IMG/VR virus record: IMGVR_UViG_3300021961_000134
Location: 1-54,241 of that record
Reading direction: 5' to 3' (one strand)
DNA length: 54,241 nucleotides
Origin: a virus
Taxonomy: Duplodnaviria; Caudoviricetes
The notes under the pieces are model-generated. The model had not been told where the DNA came from. It ran no database searches and worked only from the letters and a program-made list of their open reading frames with translations. Of the stretch, positions 38,299 through 48,859 are shown in pieces. Positions within the stretch are counted from its first letter, which is position 1; each line of letters begins with the position of its first letter. The position numbers were made by a program, and so were the translations under genes.

Positions 38299-40970
38299 GC
38301 TTGACTTACACTCGATTCGGTTATACTAACAGAGGTATTATCATAAGTATCTATTTGAACTTTACCAAAAAGTTTATATCCAGCAGTATGAATTACCTCT
38401 TTTAAAACTTTTTCATATCTATTTAGTTCTAATTCTGACAATACTTGGTACGAATAAGTTTGATAAAAGTCGTTATCATGAATGAACGAATCACTTCCTA
38501 TTAAACCAGATTCAGATCTCCATGTTCCTGGAGATACTCCAGTACCATTTGATACTGCTGTACCATTAACTGCAATAGTAGTTCCATTAATTTTAAAAAT
38601 TAACTCTTCTCCAGTCTTAAATTTTAACCCTGAATCCACAATAGATACGGTATTAATAACTCCAGTACCTATTGCCACATTTGCGAATACATTAGCATTA
38701 GTACCAGCAATGGTTGTAAAATTATATGTATTTGGAGAAAAATCTACTACACCTATTATTTCTGCTGATTTGCTGTTATTGTTTGTTGCCATTCTATAAG
38801 TGTTACTTACATATAACACCTCGTTTTCCTCTATGCTCATTTCCTTAACAACTATTGAATTGTTTGAAGGATATGTTTGTAAAACTTTTGAAGTAGAAAC
38901 TGCATTTAAAGTAATAATTTCATCTACATCTATACCAGAAACTGCTTCACCTGTAACTCTACCAGTTATATCAGCTCCTATTTGAACATTAAAAGCAGCA
39001 TCTTGACCTACACCAATAATATTATAATCACTATCAAACGTCTTTGCAAACCTAATAACTAATGTGTAACTATCAGGGATAGAATCAACTTGGCCAACAG
39101 TATTGGCAGTGCTATTGACAACATGGATAATTCCCTCTCCGACTTGAAAATTATCAGTCGTTCCTGTATTAAAGGTTAAGATTCTCATATCCAAAGGATT
39201 AGTTTGTCTAATAATATCACCAACTGTAAACTCAGCACCAGCTCTTTGTGTAAATTTAACTTCTTTTAAACCACGTTGCTTGTGATCGAGGAATTTATTT
39301 TGTACTAATACAATTGGATCAGCTAAGTATCCTGAACCTGTGCTTGTTATAGTTAAAGACCTAACCTCGCCAACCAAAGACGATTCATATGTTAATGCTC
39401 TATCTAAAATACTGTTAACATTTGCAGATGTGTCTTTAGTAAATCCATAACCATTACTAGCAACATTACTATTAGATCCATCAATTACTATATTCATAAA
39501 TGGAACATTACCTGAGTTATTTCCTGCTAAATAATTAGTATAAACATTTGATGATGCAACATTACCAACAGCATTTATTGACATAACAGTATTAGATCCG
39601 CTTCTATTGGCAAATATAGTAGCTACTGTATTAGAAGAATTTCCTTTAAGAAATGATTGTGATTCAGCTGGAATTGTAGCTGAATTGTCTGTTAAACCTA
39701 AAACGATTGATCCGCTAGGTAATGTTTTTATACCTACATATGTTCCTGTAATTGTATTATCTACGTATGTGTTAACAACAGCATTAGCTGCTGTGTTACC
39801 AGCAATTAATAGTTTTACAGCAGAAGTCCAGTCTCCTGATTTTCTGTAAATTGTCATTTCAGTATTTGTAAAACCAGCTATTAATCCATTAGCTACATGA
39901 CCTAGGGTACTATTAGCACCTATCACGTATGTTTGGTTATTAATTGTAGATGTAAACCCAGATGTTGGCGTAAAGGTTAATGTAGATCTAGGTATAGTTA
40001 CTGTTTCAAAAAGATCAAAAGTATTTGCTGGTCTAGTATTTTGTGAATAAGCAGTATTTGAATCATCAAACTTAGCAGACGTAAAAGTGTTACTTATAGA
40101 AGAAACTTCTAATATTACATCGCTGACTATTACATTCGATAATGAATTATTTGAGCTGTAGCCACTTCCTCCTTCAAATACTGAAATTAAAGGAACGCCT
40201 GTACCATTAGCTGTTGAAGTTACCCTTATTACACCTTCTGTAGATGTATTAGCTTGAGTTTTTACTGTTATGTCTTGACCTACAGAATATCCTGAACCAC
40301 CTACAGTAATATTAATTCCAGATAATGATCCTGATAGTCTTGCTTGATAAGTATTTGTTTGATCTTCAACTAGTTCATTGGCTATAAATTCTCCTTTTAA
40401 ATCTTCTAGATATAAAATATGAATTATTCTACCGTGAACTTCTGTACCTACAATAGAAGAGACATAAGCAGTAGCGCCACTTCTGTCACCATGAACATAA
40501 CTGCCAAGTAAGCCTTTGAGAGTAGCGTCATCTGCATATGTCTCCAAATATCTAGGTGTAAAATAAATGGCGTCAGATGCTTTAAATATATGCTCGTTGG
40601 GAATATAAACATCTACATTTTTATTATATACCAGTTTAAAAAATAATTCTAAAGATCTTTTACTGCCTTTAGATCTATATAAATCTAAAACGTGTTTAAT
40701 TAAAAACTTAAAATCAATGTTATCTGATTCTGGTATACTAAACAAATATGTTTTTTTAAAATGATCCAAGAAAGAAGAAACAGATTGATCTACATCTACA
40801 TATTGAATCAAATCTCTTGACAAATTGGAAGACTGGTTATTTGTTTCTAGCCATTCATAATAGGCTTTTACAAACAAAACCATAAGCGGTCCATCGTCAC
40901 GATAAACCGCTGGAAACTGATTAGCAATGAATGTAGAAATATAATCTTCTACTTCATTAATTAAAACCAT
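38295..40970 (-). CDS. gp7: Baseplate wedge initiator gp7-like
   Basis: QFPAVYR...FVKAYYEWLE, LYRSKGSKRSLELFFKLVY and C-terminal IHDNDFYQTYSY...HTAGYKLFG; lies between gp6 and gp8. Confidence 0.82.
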   Translation of the reverse strand: MVLINEVEDYISTFIANQFPAVYRDDGPLMVLFVKAYYEWLETNNQSSNLSRDLIQYVDVDQSVSSFLDHFKKTYLFSIPESDNIDFKFLIKHVLDLYRSKGSKRSLELFFKLVYNKNVDVYIPNEHIFKASDAIYFTPRYLETYADDATLKGLLGSYVHGDRSGATAYVSSIVGTEVHGRIIHILYLEDLKGEFIANELVEDQTNTYQARLSGSLSGINITVGGSGYSVGQDITVKTQANTSTEGVIRVTSTANGTGVPLISVFEGGSGYSSNNSLSNVIVSDVILEVSSISNTFTSAKFDDSNTAYSQNTRPANTFDLFETVTIPRSTLTFTPTSGFTSTINNQTYVIGANSTLGHVANGLIAGFTNTEMTIYRKSGDWTSAVKLLIAGNTAANAVVNTYVDNTITGTYVGIKTLPSGSIVLGLTDNSATIPAESQSFLKGNSSNTVATIFANRSGSNTVMSINAVGNVASSNVYTNYLAGNNSGNVPFMNIVIDGSNSNVASNGYGFTKDTSANVNSILDRALTYESSLVGEVRSLTITSTGSGYLADPIVLVQNKFLDHKQRGLKEVKFTQRAGAEFTVGDIIRQTNPLDMRILTFNTGTTDNFQVGEGIIHVVNSTANTVGQVDSIPDSYTLVIRFAKTFDSDYNIIGVGQDAAFNVQIGADITGRVTGEAVSGIDVDEIITLNAVSTSKVLQTYPSNNSIVVKEMSIEENEVLYVSNTYRMATNNNSKSAEIIGVVDFSPNTYNFTTIAGTNANVFANVAIGTGVINTVSIVDSGLKFKTGEELIFKINGTTIAVNGTAVSNGTGVSPGTWRSESGLIGSDSFIHDNDFYQTYSYQVLSELELNRYEKVLKEVIHTAGYKLFGKVQIDTYDNTSVSITESSVSQA

Positions 40971-42763
40971 TAGTTTCTTTCCTCTACAATAGTCAATTTA
41001 ATATTTTCATTTCTAATTCTTACTATGTCCCTAAATTTACCTTCGATATCTGTATCTTTAGGCGTAGCATATACTTTAAAACTAGTGTTAGTAGATGCAT
41101 ATGAACTAATAACTAAATTAGCAATACTTACTTCGCCTGTAGTATAATTTACCGTTCCCACATTAGAGTTTAAAACATTTAAATCTGTTGTATTAGCAGT
41201 AACTACTTGAAGGGTTCCTTTACCATCATCTCTCAAAGAAGCACCAGTAATGTTGTTATAGGAAAAGACTTCAGAAGTAACAGTCGGATTAGAAAATCTT
41301 ACATAAGCATCCTGTGTGTCTGGATTTATAGGATTGGTTCTGTTTAATTCGTTATGAAATAATAAAGAAGAAGTAAATGAAACATTGGTATTAGGCGATA
41401 CAGTTTTAACCATTCTTACTTTAGTATCATTACCTAAAATAGAAGAATGTGAACTGTTAATGCTTTCAGATAGTTTACTTCTTCTAAATGTTTTATCAAA
41501 TTTATTTAAGTTAGCAGTGTTAAATGTTTCTATTGCAGTTACCACAACAGATGAAATTTCACTACTTGTGTCTGTTGTTAAGTTTCTATTAAATTTAACT
41601 GTAGAAGTAATTTCTATATCCGTATAAAAAGGGTCATATACCTGAAGTGATACACCTATAGGAGTCTTAGGTTTTATAAAAGAAGTTATTTGATTTTTAA
41701 GACTTAAAGGCATAATATCAAATGAATCACTTCTTGCTGTAATTACAACTGTTCCAAATTCTGGAGGATTTAATTCTTCACCACCAAAAACATGCGTGTC
41801 AGTAATATCATTAAACTCTCTTGTTATTAGAGTTTCATAATCTAGTTTTGTTACTGCTCTTTCTTGTACAGCTAATGCTCTAGGAGCTTGGAATCTAATG
41901 TCATCCAAAGATTCAAATTCAGCTCCATTGGTGGCCCTAGTAACCAACGATACAGCAGCATCATATCCTGCCACTGAAGCTGCAGAAAAATTGTTTGCTC
42001 CATTTGGTGCAAGACCGTTTGATACTCTGTATGTCATTTCGACAACATTATTGTTGCTTAAACTTCTACCAAAGGTTCCATTGCCAAAAACAACATTGTA
42101 GCTGCCATTAGAAGAGGGCTCTACAAAAAATACATTAGATGTACTAGTTACGTTAAATAAACTATTAGCTCTAAGAAAGATAGTATTAGTATCATCAGAA
42201 GTAGAGTTTCTTACTTTAATAGTGAGGCTTGTAATATCTACATCGAAGTTATTAATGTAATAAGTATTGTTATTATTGGATACTAGATAAGCTTCATTAA
42301 CTATAGTACCTTCGTATATTGCTACATTAGATGCCAAATAACCATTGTTAGCGTAAACAACAATATCATTATTTGTAGAAAACACATAGCTTGTTTCATC
42401 CACTACTGTTGTAAATTGAGTCAATCTTGGGATTGTTATGGAGTGAGGGTTGTCATCAGGATTAACGTCTATGTTAATATAAGCAACAGAGGATCTATAA
42501 GATCTCGGTAAGTAGTTTAGTGATTTAGCTAATGAATAAACACTGTCTCTTAACTGTGCACTATCCAAAAACATCTCAGTTGCTACATGATTAAGATATA
42601 TATTATTGTAGTACGTGTTGTATGCTAACACATCTAAAAGTACGTTTAGATTAGAACCAGTAAAATTATAGTCTCTAAAAACTTCCTGGCCTTGCATATA
42701 GGCAAGTAAGTTTGATTTTATAGAATCAAACTCAAGATTAGCTACGTTAAACTCTGAGGCCAT
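40970..42763 (-). CDS. gp6: Baseplate wedge subunit gp6
   Basis: LEFDSIKSNL...FRDYNFTGSNLNVLLDVLAYNTYYN, EMFLDSAQLRDSV and QERAVTKLDYE. Confidence 0.95.
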   Translation of the reverse strand: MASEFNVANLEFDSIKSNLLAYMQGQEVFRDYNFTGSNLNVLLDVLAYNTYYNNIYLNHVATEMFLDSAQLRDSVYSLAKSLNYLPRSYRSSVAYINIDVNPDDNPHSITIPRLTQFTTVVDETSYVFSTNNDIVVYANNGYLASNVAIYEGTIVNEAYLVSNNNNTYYINNFDVDITSLTIKVRNSTSDDTNTIFLRANSLFNVTSTSNVFFVEPSSNGSYNVVFGNGTFGRSLSNNNVVEMTYRVSNGLAPNGANNFSAASVAGYDAAVSLVTRATNGAEFESLDDIRFQAPRALAVQERAVTKLDYETLITREFNDITDTHVFGGEELNPPEFGTVVITARSDSFDIMPLSLKNQITSFIKPKTPIGVSLQVYDPFYTDIEITSTVKFNRNLTTDTSSEISSVVVTAIETFNTANLNKFDKTFRRSKLSESINSSHSSILGNDTKVRMVKTVSPNTNVSFTSSLLFHNELNRTNPINPDTQDAYVRFSNPTVTSEVFSYNNITGASLRDDGKGTLQVVTANTTDLNVLNSNVGTVNYTTGEVSIANLVISSYASTNTSFKVYATPKDTDIEGKFRDIVRIRNENIKLTIVEERN

Positions 42764-43185
42764 TATCTAGTCCTCTCCAGTGTTAGATTAAATGTTACAG
42801 GCTCCGTACTATTTATTAGTGAAAACCTTACAGTAATATATGCTTGGTTCCTATCAGTATCAAAAGTCACGTCACTGAACAACAAATTTGCTCTTGGTTC
42901 GTGCTTTTCAAAAACCTCTTGCACTAATTGTCGTGTCATTAGTAAAGCATCTACAGTAGCATTCTCGAATAACAAAGATCTTATACTAGAACCTATTTCA
43001 GGGTGAAACAGTCTTTCGCCTCTATCTGTAAGTAAAAGATTTCTTACAGATTGAATTACAGCTGCTTCATTTCGTTTTTTATTAAGCTGACCTGTTACTA
43101 CATTTCTAGAAAAATCAGTGAAGAAATCTGAAAATATTTCAGGGTTTCTAGAATTAATTTCGGTTTTAACTATAGTCTTACTCAT
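42763..43185 (-). CDS. gp25: Baseplate wedge subunit gp25
   Basis: AVIQSVRNLLLTDRGERLFHPEIGSSIRSLLFE and HEPR. Confidence 0.93.
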   Translation of the reverse strand: MSKTIVKTEINSRNPEIFSDFFTDFSRNVVTGQLNKKRNEAAVIQSVRNLLLTDRGERLFHPEIGSSIRSLLFENATVDALLMTRQLVQEVFEKHEPRANLLFSDVTFDTDRNQAYITVRFSLINSTEPVTFNLTLERTR

Positions 43186-44318
43186 TAGACGTCTGCACCA
43201 GAATTATCTGGTCCTCCTCCTCCAAGTTGATTGAAAAACAGTTCTAATTGTGCCCCTGTTTGATCTAATTTAGGTTTAAGTGATTTGTCAAGTTCTTTTT
43301 CTATTTTAGCTAACTCTTCAACATTAATGCTAATTCCACTTACAGGATCTACTTTACTGTTTCGTACCCCTTTAATGTTTGCACTAGGTACTGGTGGTAT
43401 TGCTATATTTGATGCTTCTGATAGCTTACGAGCACTATCTTGAAACACTTTTGATCCCTGACCAAACAATTGTTTGAGCGAACCCATAGCATTTTGCATT
43501 TTACCTACAGCAGCATTTCTTCCTTGTTCAAACTTAGCTGCGAAATCTTCATTACTAGGAAACCCAGATGGTACCATCACTGAATTACCATGCTCATCTG
43601 TTTGAGCTTCGTAAACAATGTTTTCACCAGTTGAAGGATCTGTTTGAACTACTGTAGTTACAGGAACCTGAAATTTATTTATTGGTAGCCTTCCCAAAGC
43701 AACAATCAATCCATTGTTAGCTAAGAAAGGATTCTTCAATACCTGCGCTGGAACCTTAGGTTCAAATATTGGTGGATCTGGCTCACGTTCAGAATCATTC
43801 ACAGGACTATTAGAAGGTTTTCCTAATTCTATAGCTATTAACTTTTCTACTGGCTCCCCATTTTCGTCATAATCAATTTCTTTTTTAATTTTTATTTTAG
43901 GAATTACTTTGCCAAAATCTAGACCACCTAATTTACTAGATCCCGAACTAAGACCATCGGATATTTTTTTGGTTATGTCTGTAGCTTTAAACTTGTTAAT
44001 ACCAGCTTTATCCATTAGTTGTTGTATCGATGTTTGACCTTCAGGGCTATTCATTGCTCTGGCAAACTCAGTTTGAAAATCTATCAAAGGCTCTTTAAGA
44101 GCAGTTGCTGCATTTAACATATCTTCAGAAACATCAGCAATAGCTTCTAAAGCTGTATTCATTTTAGCTATAGCTGCTTCTGGAGATTGAGCTGAGAAGT
44201 CTGTATTCTCAACTTCTTTCATCTTCTCTTTAATCTTTTCATCAATAGCCTTTAGTTTCTCGTCTACGCCAGACTTTTCAAAACTCGATACTATTTTATT
44301 AAAATCTAAGTTAAACAT
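43185..44318 (-). CDS. Hypothetical protein (377 aa, helical/charged)
   Basis: TAATG-coupled between gp5 and gp25; no motif recognised. Confidence 0.75.
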   Translation of the reverse strand: MFNLDFNKIVSSFEKSGVDEKLKAIDEKIKEKMKEVENTDFSAQSPEAAIAKMNTALEAIADVSEDMLNAATALKEPLIDFQTEFARAMNSPEGQTSIQQLMDKAGINKFKATDITKKISDGLSSGSSKLGGLDFGKVIPKIKIKKEIDYDENGEPVEKLIAIELGKPSNSPVNDSEREPDPPIFEPKVPAQVLKNPFLANNGLIVALGRLPINKFQVPVTTVVQTDPSTGENIVYEAQTDEHGNSVMVPSGFPSNEDFAAKFEQGRNAAVGKMQNAMGSLKQLFGQGSKVFQDSARKLSEASNIAIPPVPSANIKGVRNSKVDPVSGISINVEELAKIEKELDKSLKPKLDQTGAQLELFFNQLGGGGPDNSGADV

Positions 44319-45646
44319 TAGTTAAGATCTATCCTCGGTCCATCAATATCTACGTTTGCACCCCCATCTATATCAACAGTTACACTAGATTCAATTTTAA
44401 CATTTGCAACAGCCAATAGATTATAATGGGAACCAACTGTAATATTTGTATTGCCAGTAGTTGAGTAGGTATACGATTCCCCAACCAACAACCTTTTATA
44501 TTTTCTATTCAATTCATAAACATCACCATGAATTGTCGTATTAGAAGTACCTCTGACTGTCTTATCTTCTGATCCATCAACTACGAGTTTTTTATTCTTT
44601 GTAATTCTTTCACGTCTATCACCATTTATTTGAGTTGCTTGATCAGACATAACTTCCTTTTGTTCATTGCCTTGAATTTTGGTTATCACGCTACCTTTAA
44701 CATTAAGATGATAATCACCATCTATTTCTTCATACTTAGTTCCTTGAATGTAAGTTCTTACATCACCTTGAATCGTAAGATTTACATTTCCTTTTACTAC
44801 CACGTTATTATTTTTTAGATAAATTTGATAATCATCACCGACTACTTTTGTTACTTTAGTTCCATCAGGTTGTATTTCATAAAACGTGCCTTTTGTGTGG
44901 TACTGATGAATTCTTTCACCCCCTGGAGTATCATCATATTCCATGACATGACCAGATTCTGTAGTATACGTATGATTGTAAGGATAGGTTGATTTAGAAG
45001 GACCTTCTCCTGTTTCTTCATTGATTATACATGTATCTTGTACATTATCATTTGAGATATCTCTTTGGCCACCATATCTTGGGTTAGGTTCATTCCAATA
45101 AGGTCTTTCGTAAAAAAACTCTTCTTCATTATCTCTGACTGTAGGTACTTTAGGAGGTACAGCTTTTTTTACATCTCTTACTCTATCTCTGATTTTTACA
45201 GCTAAAGATTCCTCGCCATATGCATTATCACCTCTTGCTAACTTATTAACATCAGATTGATTCATATATTTTTCTTTAGGATAGACTCCTAATGGATCAG
45301 AAAAGCCTTCTGTCGATGGTCTTTTTTCACTACTAATACCAGCAAATGATCCAAATATAATAGGTTGTTGTGCTTCTTTTCCATCTAAAAATATACCAAT
45401 CACCCATGACCCTTCTACAAGGCCTGTAGGAGAAAGACCTACACCACTTACAGATGCACTGTTAACAGGTAGTATAGGCTGTGCCCATGGTAATCCATCT
45501 GTGGGAATTAATGTTTTATCTTCTGTATGTAACCCTAAAATTCTTACTCTTACTCTACCAAGATTTAAAGGATCATTTCTATCCTCTACAATTCCTACAA
45601 AAAAAGAAGTATTTCTAAAGGTATCATATGTTGATTGAACTGACAT
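44318..45646 (-). CDS. gp5: Baseplate hub/spike gp5 (OB-fold plus beta-helix, no lysozyme domain)
   Basis: FVGIVEDRNDPLNLGRVRVRILGLH...LPWA, YPYNH...TESGHVMEYDDTPGGERIH and VxGN beta-helix repeats. Confidence 0.92.
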   Translation of the reverse strand: MSVQSTYDTFRNTSFFVGIVEDRNDPLNLGRVRVRILGLHTEDKTLIPTDGLPWAQPILPVNSASVSGVGLSPTGLVEGSWVIGIFLDGKEAQQPIIFGSFAGISSEKRPSTEGFSDPLGVYPKEKYMNQSDVNKLARGDNAYGEESLAVKIRDRVRDVKKAVPPKVPTVRDNEEEFFYERPYWNEPNPRYGGQRDISNDNVQDTCIINEETGEGPSKSTYPYNHTYTTESGHVMEYDDTPGGERIHQYHTKGTFYEIQPDGTKVTKVVGDDYQIYLKNNNVVVKGNVNLTIQGDVRTYIQGTKYEEIDGDYHLNVKGSVITKIQGNEQKEVMSDQATQINGDRRERITKNKKLVVDGSEDKTVRGTSNTTIHGDVYELNRKYKRLLVGESYTYSTTGNTNITVGSHYNLLAVANVKIESSVTVDIDGGANVDIDGPRIDLN

Positions 45647-46965
45647 TATCCCATTGCCTCCACAATACTATCTTTAAGTACACTTACCACACAGTTGTAA
45701 GTATCTTTACCAAATGAATGAGTAACGCTTTCTATCAACCAATATCCACTGAATTTAGTTTTTGATCTTTCTGAAGCAGCCTTTGTATCAAAAGCTGACA
45801 TTTCTGGAATGTCAAACTCAATAACTTTACCACATTTCAAAGTACTGTCTCCATTAATTAAAAAACTTACCTTAATGTTATTTAAACTCAATACAAAAGG
45901 CATTCTTCTTCCTAATATAGCTTCAAACCTTTGATTAGGTTTAGAGGAATCTTTGAACAACAGATACTCATAATTACTTCTAGTAAAGTCTTCAAGATAC
46001 TTATTGTCCACTAGTTTTTTTGGACCAAGTTTTTTAAAATGTACATGTTCCTTCTCATAGATAAAGTTAAAGTCTTTAATAGTTTTTCTTATCATATCAA
46101 CAGATCTTACTGTGTTTCTATAAACACCAGCAGTAGTATTATCAATACTATTAGTTAAGTCTACCGATTGAAACGTTTTTATCTTACGTTCAACATTAGG
46201 AGTACTGCTTTGATCTTCTTCAGTAGAGGCATATCTGAAAACTAAATCCCTATTAGATTTTATTTCTTTTACTCCATCCTCTATAAGTTTTTCTAAATTA
46301 TGAAAATTAAAACCACTTATGCTCTGATAGGAGATAAAGACACTAGCTCTATAGTCAGTATTAATAGATCTTCTTGCACAAAATTCTAATGCTTCTAATG
46401 GCTGCTGTCCTGGAATGATAAACTTTTCTGCTCCAATGGAATCATGTACATCTAATTTTGGTTTATTAAATTGAACTATATCACTTCTCTTAACAAAAAT
46501 ATTTTTAAATCTACTATCTTTCTCTATATAATTCTCAAATATTTTTTCTGCAGCTTTGCTATATGTGGATTGAAATGCTTGATTTACACTAGCATTCATA
46601 TCAATTATACTCTCGTATGACATAAGAGCTAGTGTAAAAGAAGAACTTTGACTTTGGTTAGAGAATTCTATATTGGTTACTTCACCTACAGCAAATTGTA
46701 GATTAAAGGGTTCTTTATCTTTTGATCTAGCTTTTATAAATAGAATTTCTTGTGCTTGGAAACCTACTTTATTAAATCTAGTTAATAAACCTTTACCGTC
46801 AACTAGCGTGATTGTACCAAATATAAAGTCGCCAAAAATGCTTTCAGTAAAAGAACATTGAATAAACATATCGTGTACTGATACAATGTCTTCTACTCCA
46901 TCGCGACTTACTCTGGCAATCGCCATATGAAGAATTTCAATTTTACCATTTTCAATATCAGACAT
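45646..46965 (-). CDS. Probable baseplate hub protein (gp27-like)
   Basis: ESIFGDFIFGTITLVD, INGDSTLKCGKVIEF and SGYWLIESVTHSF form a gp27/GpD-like hub pattern; lies between gp53 and gp5. Confidence 0.65.
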   Translation of the reverse strand: MSDIENGKIEILHMAIARVSRDGVEDIVSVHDMFIQCSFTESIFGDFIFGTITLVDGKGLLTRFNKVGFQAQEILFIKARSKDKEPFNLQFAVGEVTNIEFSNQSQSSSFTLALMSYESIIDMNASVNQAFQSTYSKAAEKIFENYIEKDSRFKNIFVKRSDIVQFNKPKLDVHDSIGAEKFIIPGQQPLEALEFCARRSINTDYRASVFISYQSISGFNFHNLEKLIEDGVKEIKSNRDLVFRYASTEEDQSSTPNVERKIKTFQSVDLTNSIDNTTAGVYRNTVRSVDMIRKTIKDFNFIYEKEHVHFKKLGPKKLVDNKYLEDFTRSNYEYLLFKDSSKPNQRFEAILGRRMPFVLSLNNIKVSFLINGDSTLKCGKVIEFDIPEMSAFDTKAASERSKTKFSGYWLIESVTHSFGKDTYNCVVSVLKDSIVEAMG

Positions 46966-47476
46966 CGAACAAATCTTTTAAATCAGATAAAATTTTAGGT
47001 AAAAATTCATCAGAAACTAATTTAATGTGTCTGTTGTTATCATTAATAGTACTATAGTGATCATAAGCATACACTGGTCTGTAATCTCCAGCGTTTATAT
47101 AATCTAAAGAAGCGCTCAAATCATATGAAGTTTTACTAATAGTAATATTTTTAGTACTATGAGTGTAATGAAGTATAGTAGACATAGCAGTTTCAATGCT
47201 ACCATATTTTTTTATCATCCAATTATCAAAATCTTTAGTAATCATTGGCCACTGATAATATGGATCTAATTGTACATTAGGTAATAATACTAACCAGGCT
47301 AAAGTAGCGTCTTCATAATAATAATGGGCAATGTCTTCTGGTCTATCACCTTCTTGTACTGCATAATTTTGTAATTCGTATAGATTCAAATTAAATTGAT
47401 CTGCAATTTTAATGCCTTTAGTTATATCAACTATGTCTCTATTTTTAAATTTAACTATTGGTAAAAAATTAAACAT
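46958..47476 (-). CDS. gp53: Baseplate wedge protein gp53 (LysM-like)
   Basis: YAVQEGDRPEDIAHYYY...WLVLLPN...DPYYQWP, KKYGS and C-terminal NDNNRHIKL. The start at ATG 47476 has a TAATG overlap. Confidence 0.9.
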   Translation of the reverse strand: MFNFLPIVKFKNRDIVDITKGIKIADQFNLNLYELQNYAVQEGDRPEDIAHYYYEDATLAWLVLLPNVQLDPYYQWPMITKDFDNWMIKKYGSIETAMSTILHYTHSTKNITISKTSYDLSASLDYINAGDYRPVYAYDHYSTINDNNRHIKLVSDEFLPKILSDLKDLFDV

Positions 47477-48414
47477 TATGTGAACATTCCTGCTGATGTA
47501 GTAGATTGCCCATAATCTTCTCTGCTCCAAATATCGTTCTCTTGGAATGATATAGCTATTTGGACGCTAGCTGGATATCCATCTTCTAACAAAGCCAAGC
47601 TACCACCAGCTGTAAAGTTTACGTTCATGCTTGTTATAAAACTTGGTTTGAATCTCATTAACGATTCAGTTCCATTCGACATCATTATAACTTGTGCTTC
47701 GTAAGGATATGACAATGTCAATCCTCCTAACTTTCTTTCAGGTAATGCATCTCTTCTTATGTTGTTAATCATTCTAGCTATTATTTGACTTTCAACCTTC
47801 ATCCTAGGCATTAAAGTCCAACTAAAAGAATACTTTTTAAGAGTCACACCTTTGAACAGAGTAATAGCATGTGGGTTTGGTACTTGTCCGAGTATTGATC
47901 CTACAACACCTGTAGCATTAGTTACACCTTTCTTGCTAGATAATGATGCAGCTGCTGCATTGAGTCCAGCCAATGCGTCTGTAGAACTAGCATTCTTGGC
48001 TGTTTGTACAGTATTGTTAACAATTCCTTTTACAGCTTCAGCAACGTTTTTAGTCATATCTGCATTGTTACCACTGTTTTGCGCAGCACTTGCTACCTCA
48101 CCTACAAGTCCAGCTATCTCACCACCAACAGCTCCCAACTCTGTAACATTATAATTAAGACCTAATTCGTCTGATATATTTCTGGGCAATGGAAGATTAT
48201 ATATACTTCTTAATGTTGTGATGTTTCCTTGTTGTCTATCATATTTGTATTCATGCATCATAAGTATGAATCTTGTATCACCAGGTAGATCAACTGGATA
48301 AGTCATAGATCCAGGACCTGACATGTTAGCTTTATTTTGTTCAATAATTTGAGATGCTTGAGCTATACTTGTAGACTTTTTGAGCCCAAATTGTGTCCCA
48401 TTTAATACGCCCAT
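47476..48414 (-). CDS. gp48: Baseplate tail-tube cap gp48
   Basis: LPLPRNISD, NPHAITLFKGVTLKKYSFSWTLMP and ITSMNVNFT...GYPASVQIAISFQE. Confidence 0.85.
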   Translation of the reverse strand: MGVLNGTQFGLKKSTSIAQASQIIEQNKANMSGPGSMTYPVDLPGDTRFILMMHEYKYDRQQGNITTLRSIYNLPLPRNISDELGLNYNVTELGAVGGEIAGLVGEVASAAQNSGNNADMTKNVAEAVKGIVNNTVQTAKNASSTDALAGLNAAAASLSSKKGVTNATGVVGSILGQVPNPHAITLFKGVTLKKYSFSWTLMPRMKVESQIIARMINNIRRDALPERKLGGLTLSYPYEAQVIMMSNGTESLMRFKPSFITSMNVNFTAGGSLALLEDGYPASVQIAISFQENDIWSREDYGQSTTSAGMFT

Positions 48415-48424
48415 TACTGTTCCT

Positions 48425-48432
48425 TATAAATA
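48425..48432 (+). promoter_or_regulatory. T4 late promoter
   Basis: Exact TATAAATA ending 4 nt before the gp4 ATG. Confidence 0.8.
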
Positions 48433-48436
48433 ATGC

Positions 48437-48859
48437 ATGAGTTACAAGGGTAAATTTCGTCCTAAAAACAAATCAAAATATAAAGGTGATCCCACTAACA
48501 TTATTTATCGTAGTTTGTGGGAATGCAAGCTCATGATGTATTTAGACGAACACCCAGACATAGTTAATTGGGCTAGCGAGGAATTCTTTATACCATATAG
48601 AAGCCCTATAGATGGTAAATGGCATAGATATTTTCCAGATTTTTGGATAAAGAAGAATACAAATGAAGTCATTGTTATCGAAGTTAAACCCGCCAGCCAG
48701 ACTAAGGCTCCAAAAATACAGAAGTCTAGAACAAGAAAATATCTGTATGAAGTCAAAACGTGGGGAATCAACCAAGCAAAGTGGAAGGCAGCATCTGAGT
48801 ATTGTAAAGACAGAGGATGGCAATTTAAGATCATGACAGAGAAGGAATTAGGAATCTAA
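48437..48859 (+). CDS. gp4: Head completion protein gp4 (TnsA-like nuclease fold)
   Basis: YKGKFRPKN..KYKGDPTNIIYRSLWE, WASEE..IPY, HRYFPDF, IEVKP and NQAKWKAA. Confidence 0.95.
   Translation: MSYKGKFRPKNKSKYKGDPTNIIYRSLWECKLMMYLDEHPDIVNWASEEFFIPYRSPIDGKWHRYFPDFWIKKNTNEVIVIEVKPASQTKAPKIQKSRTRKYLYEVKTWGINQAKWKAASEYCKDRGWQFKIMTEKELGI

Noticed and set aside
47477-47530. N-terminal extension of gp53 given in the ORF track (MEQRRLW...)
   Set aside because: It overlaps the gp48 3' end. ATG 47476 in a TAATG junction fits the pattern of the whole operon.
48437-48859. Transposase or homing endonuclease call based on the TnsA-like PD-(D/E)xK motif
   Set aside because: Sequence and synteny with gp2 and gp48 identify it as core head completion protein gp4.
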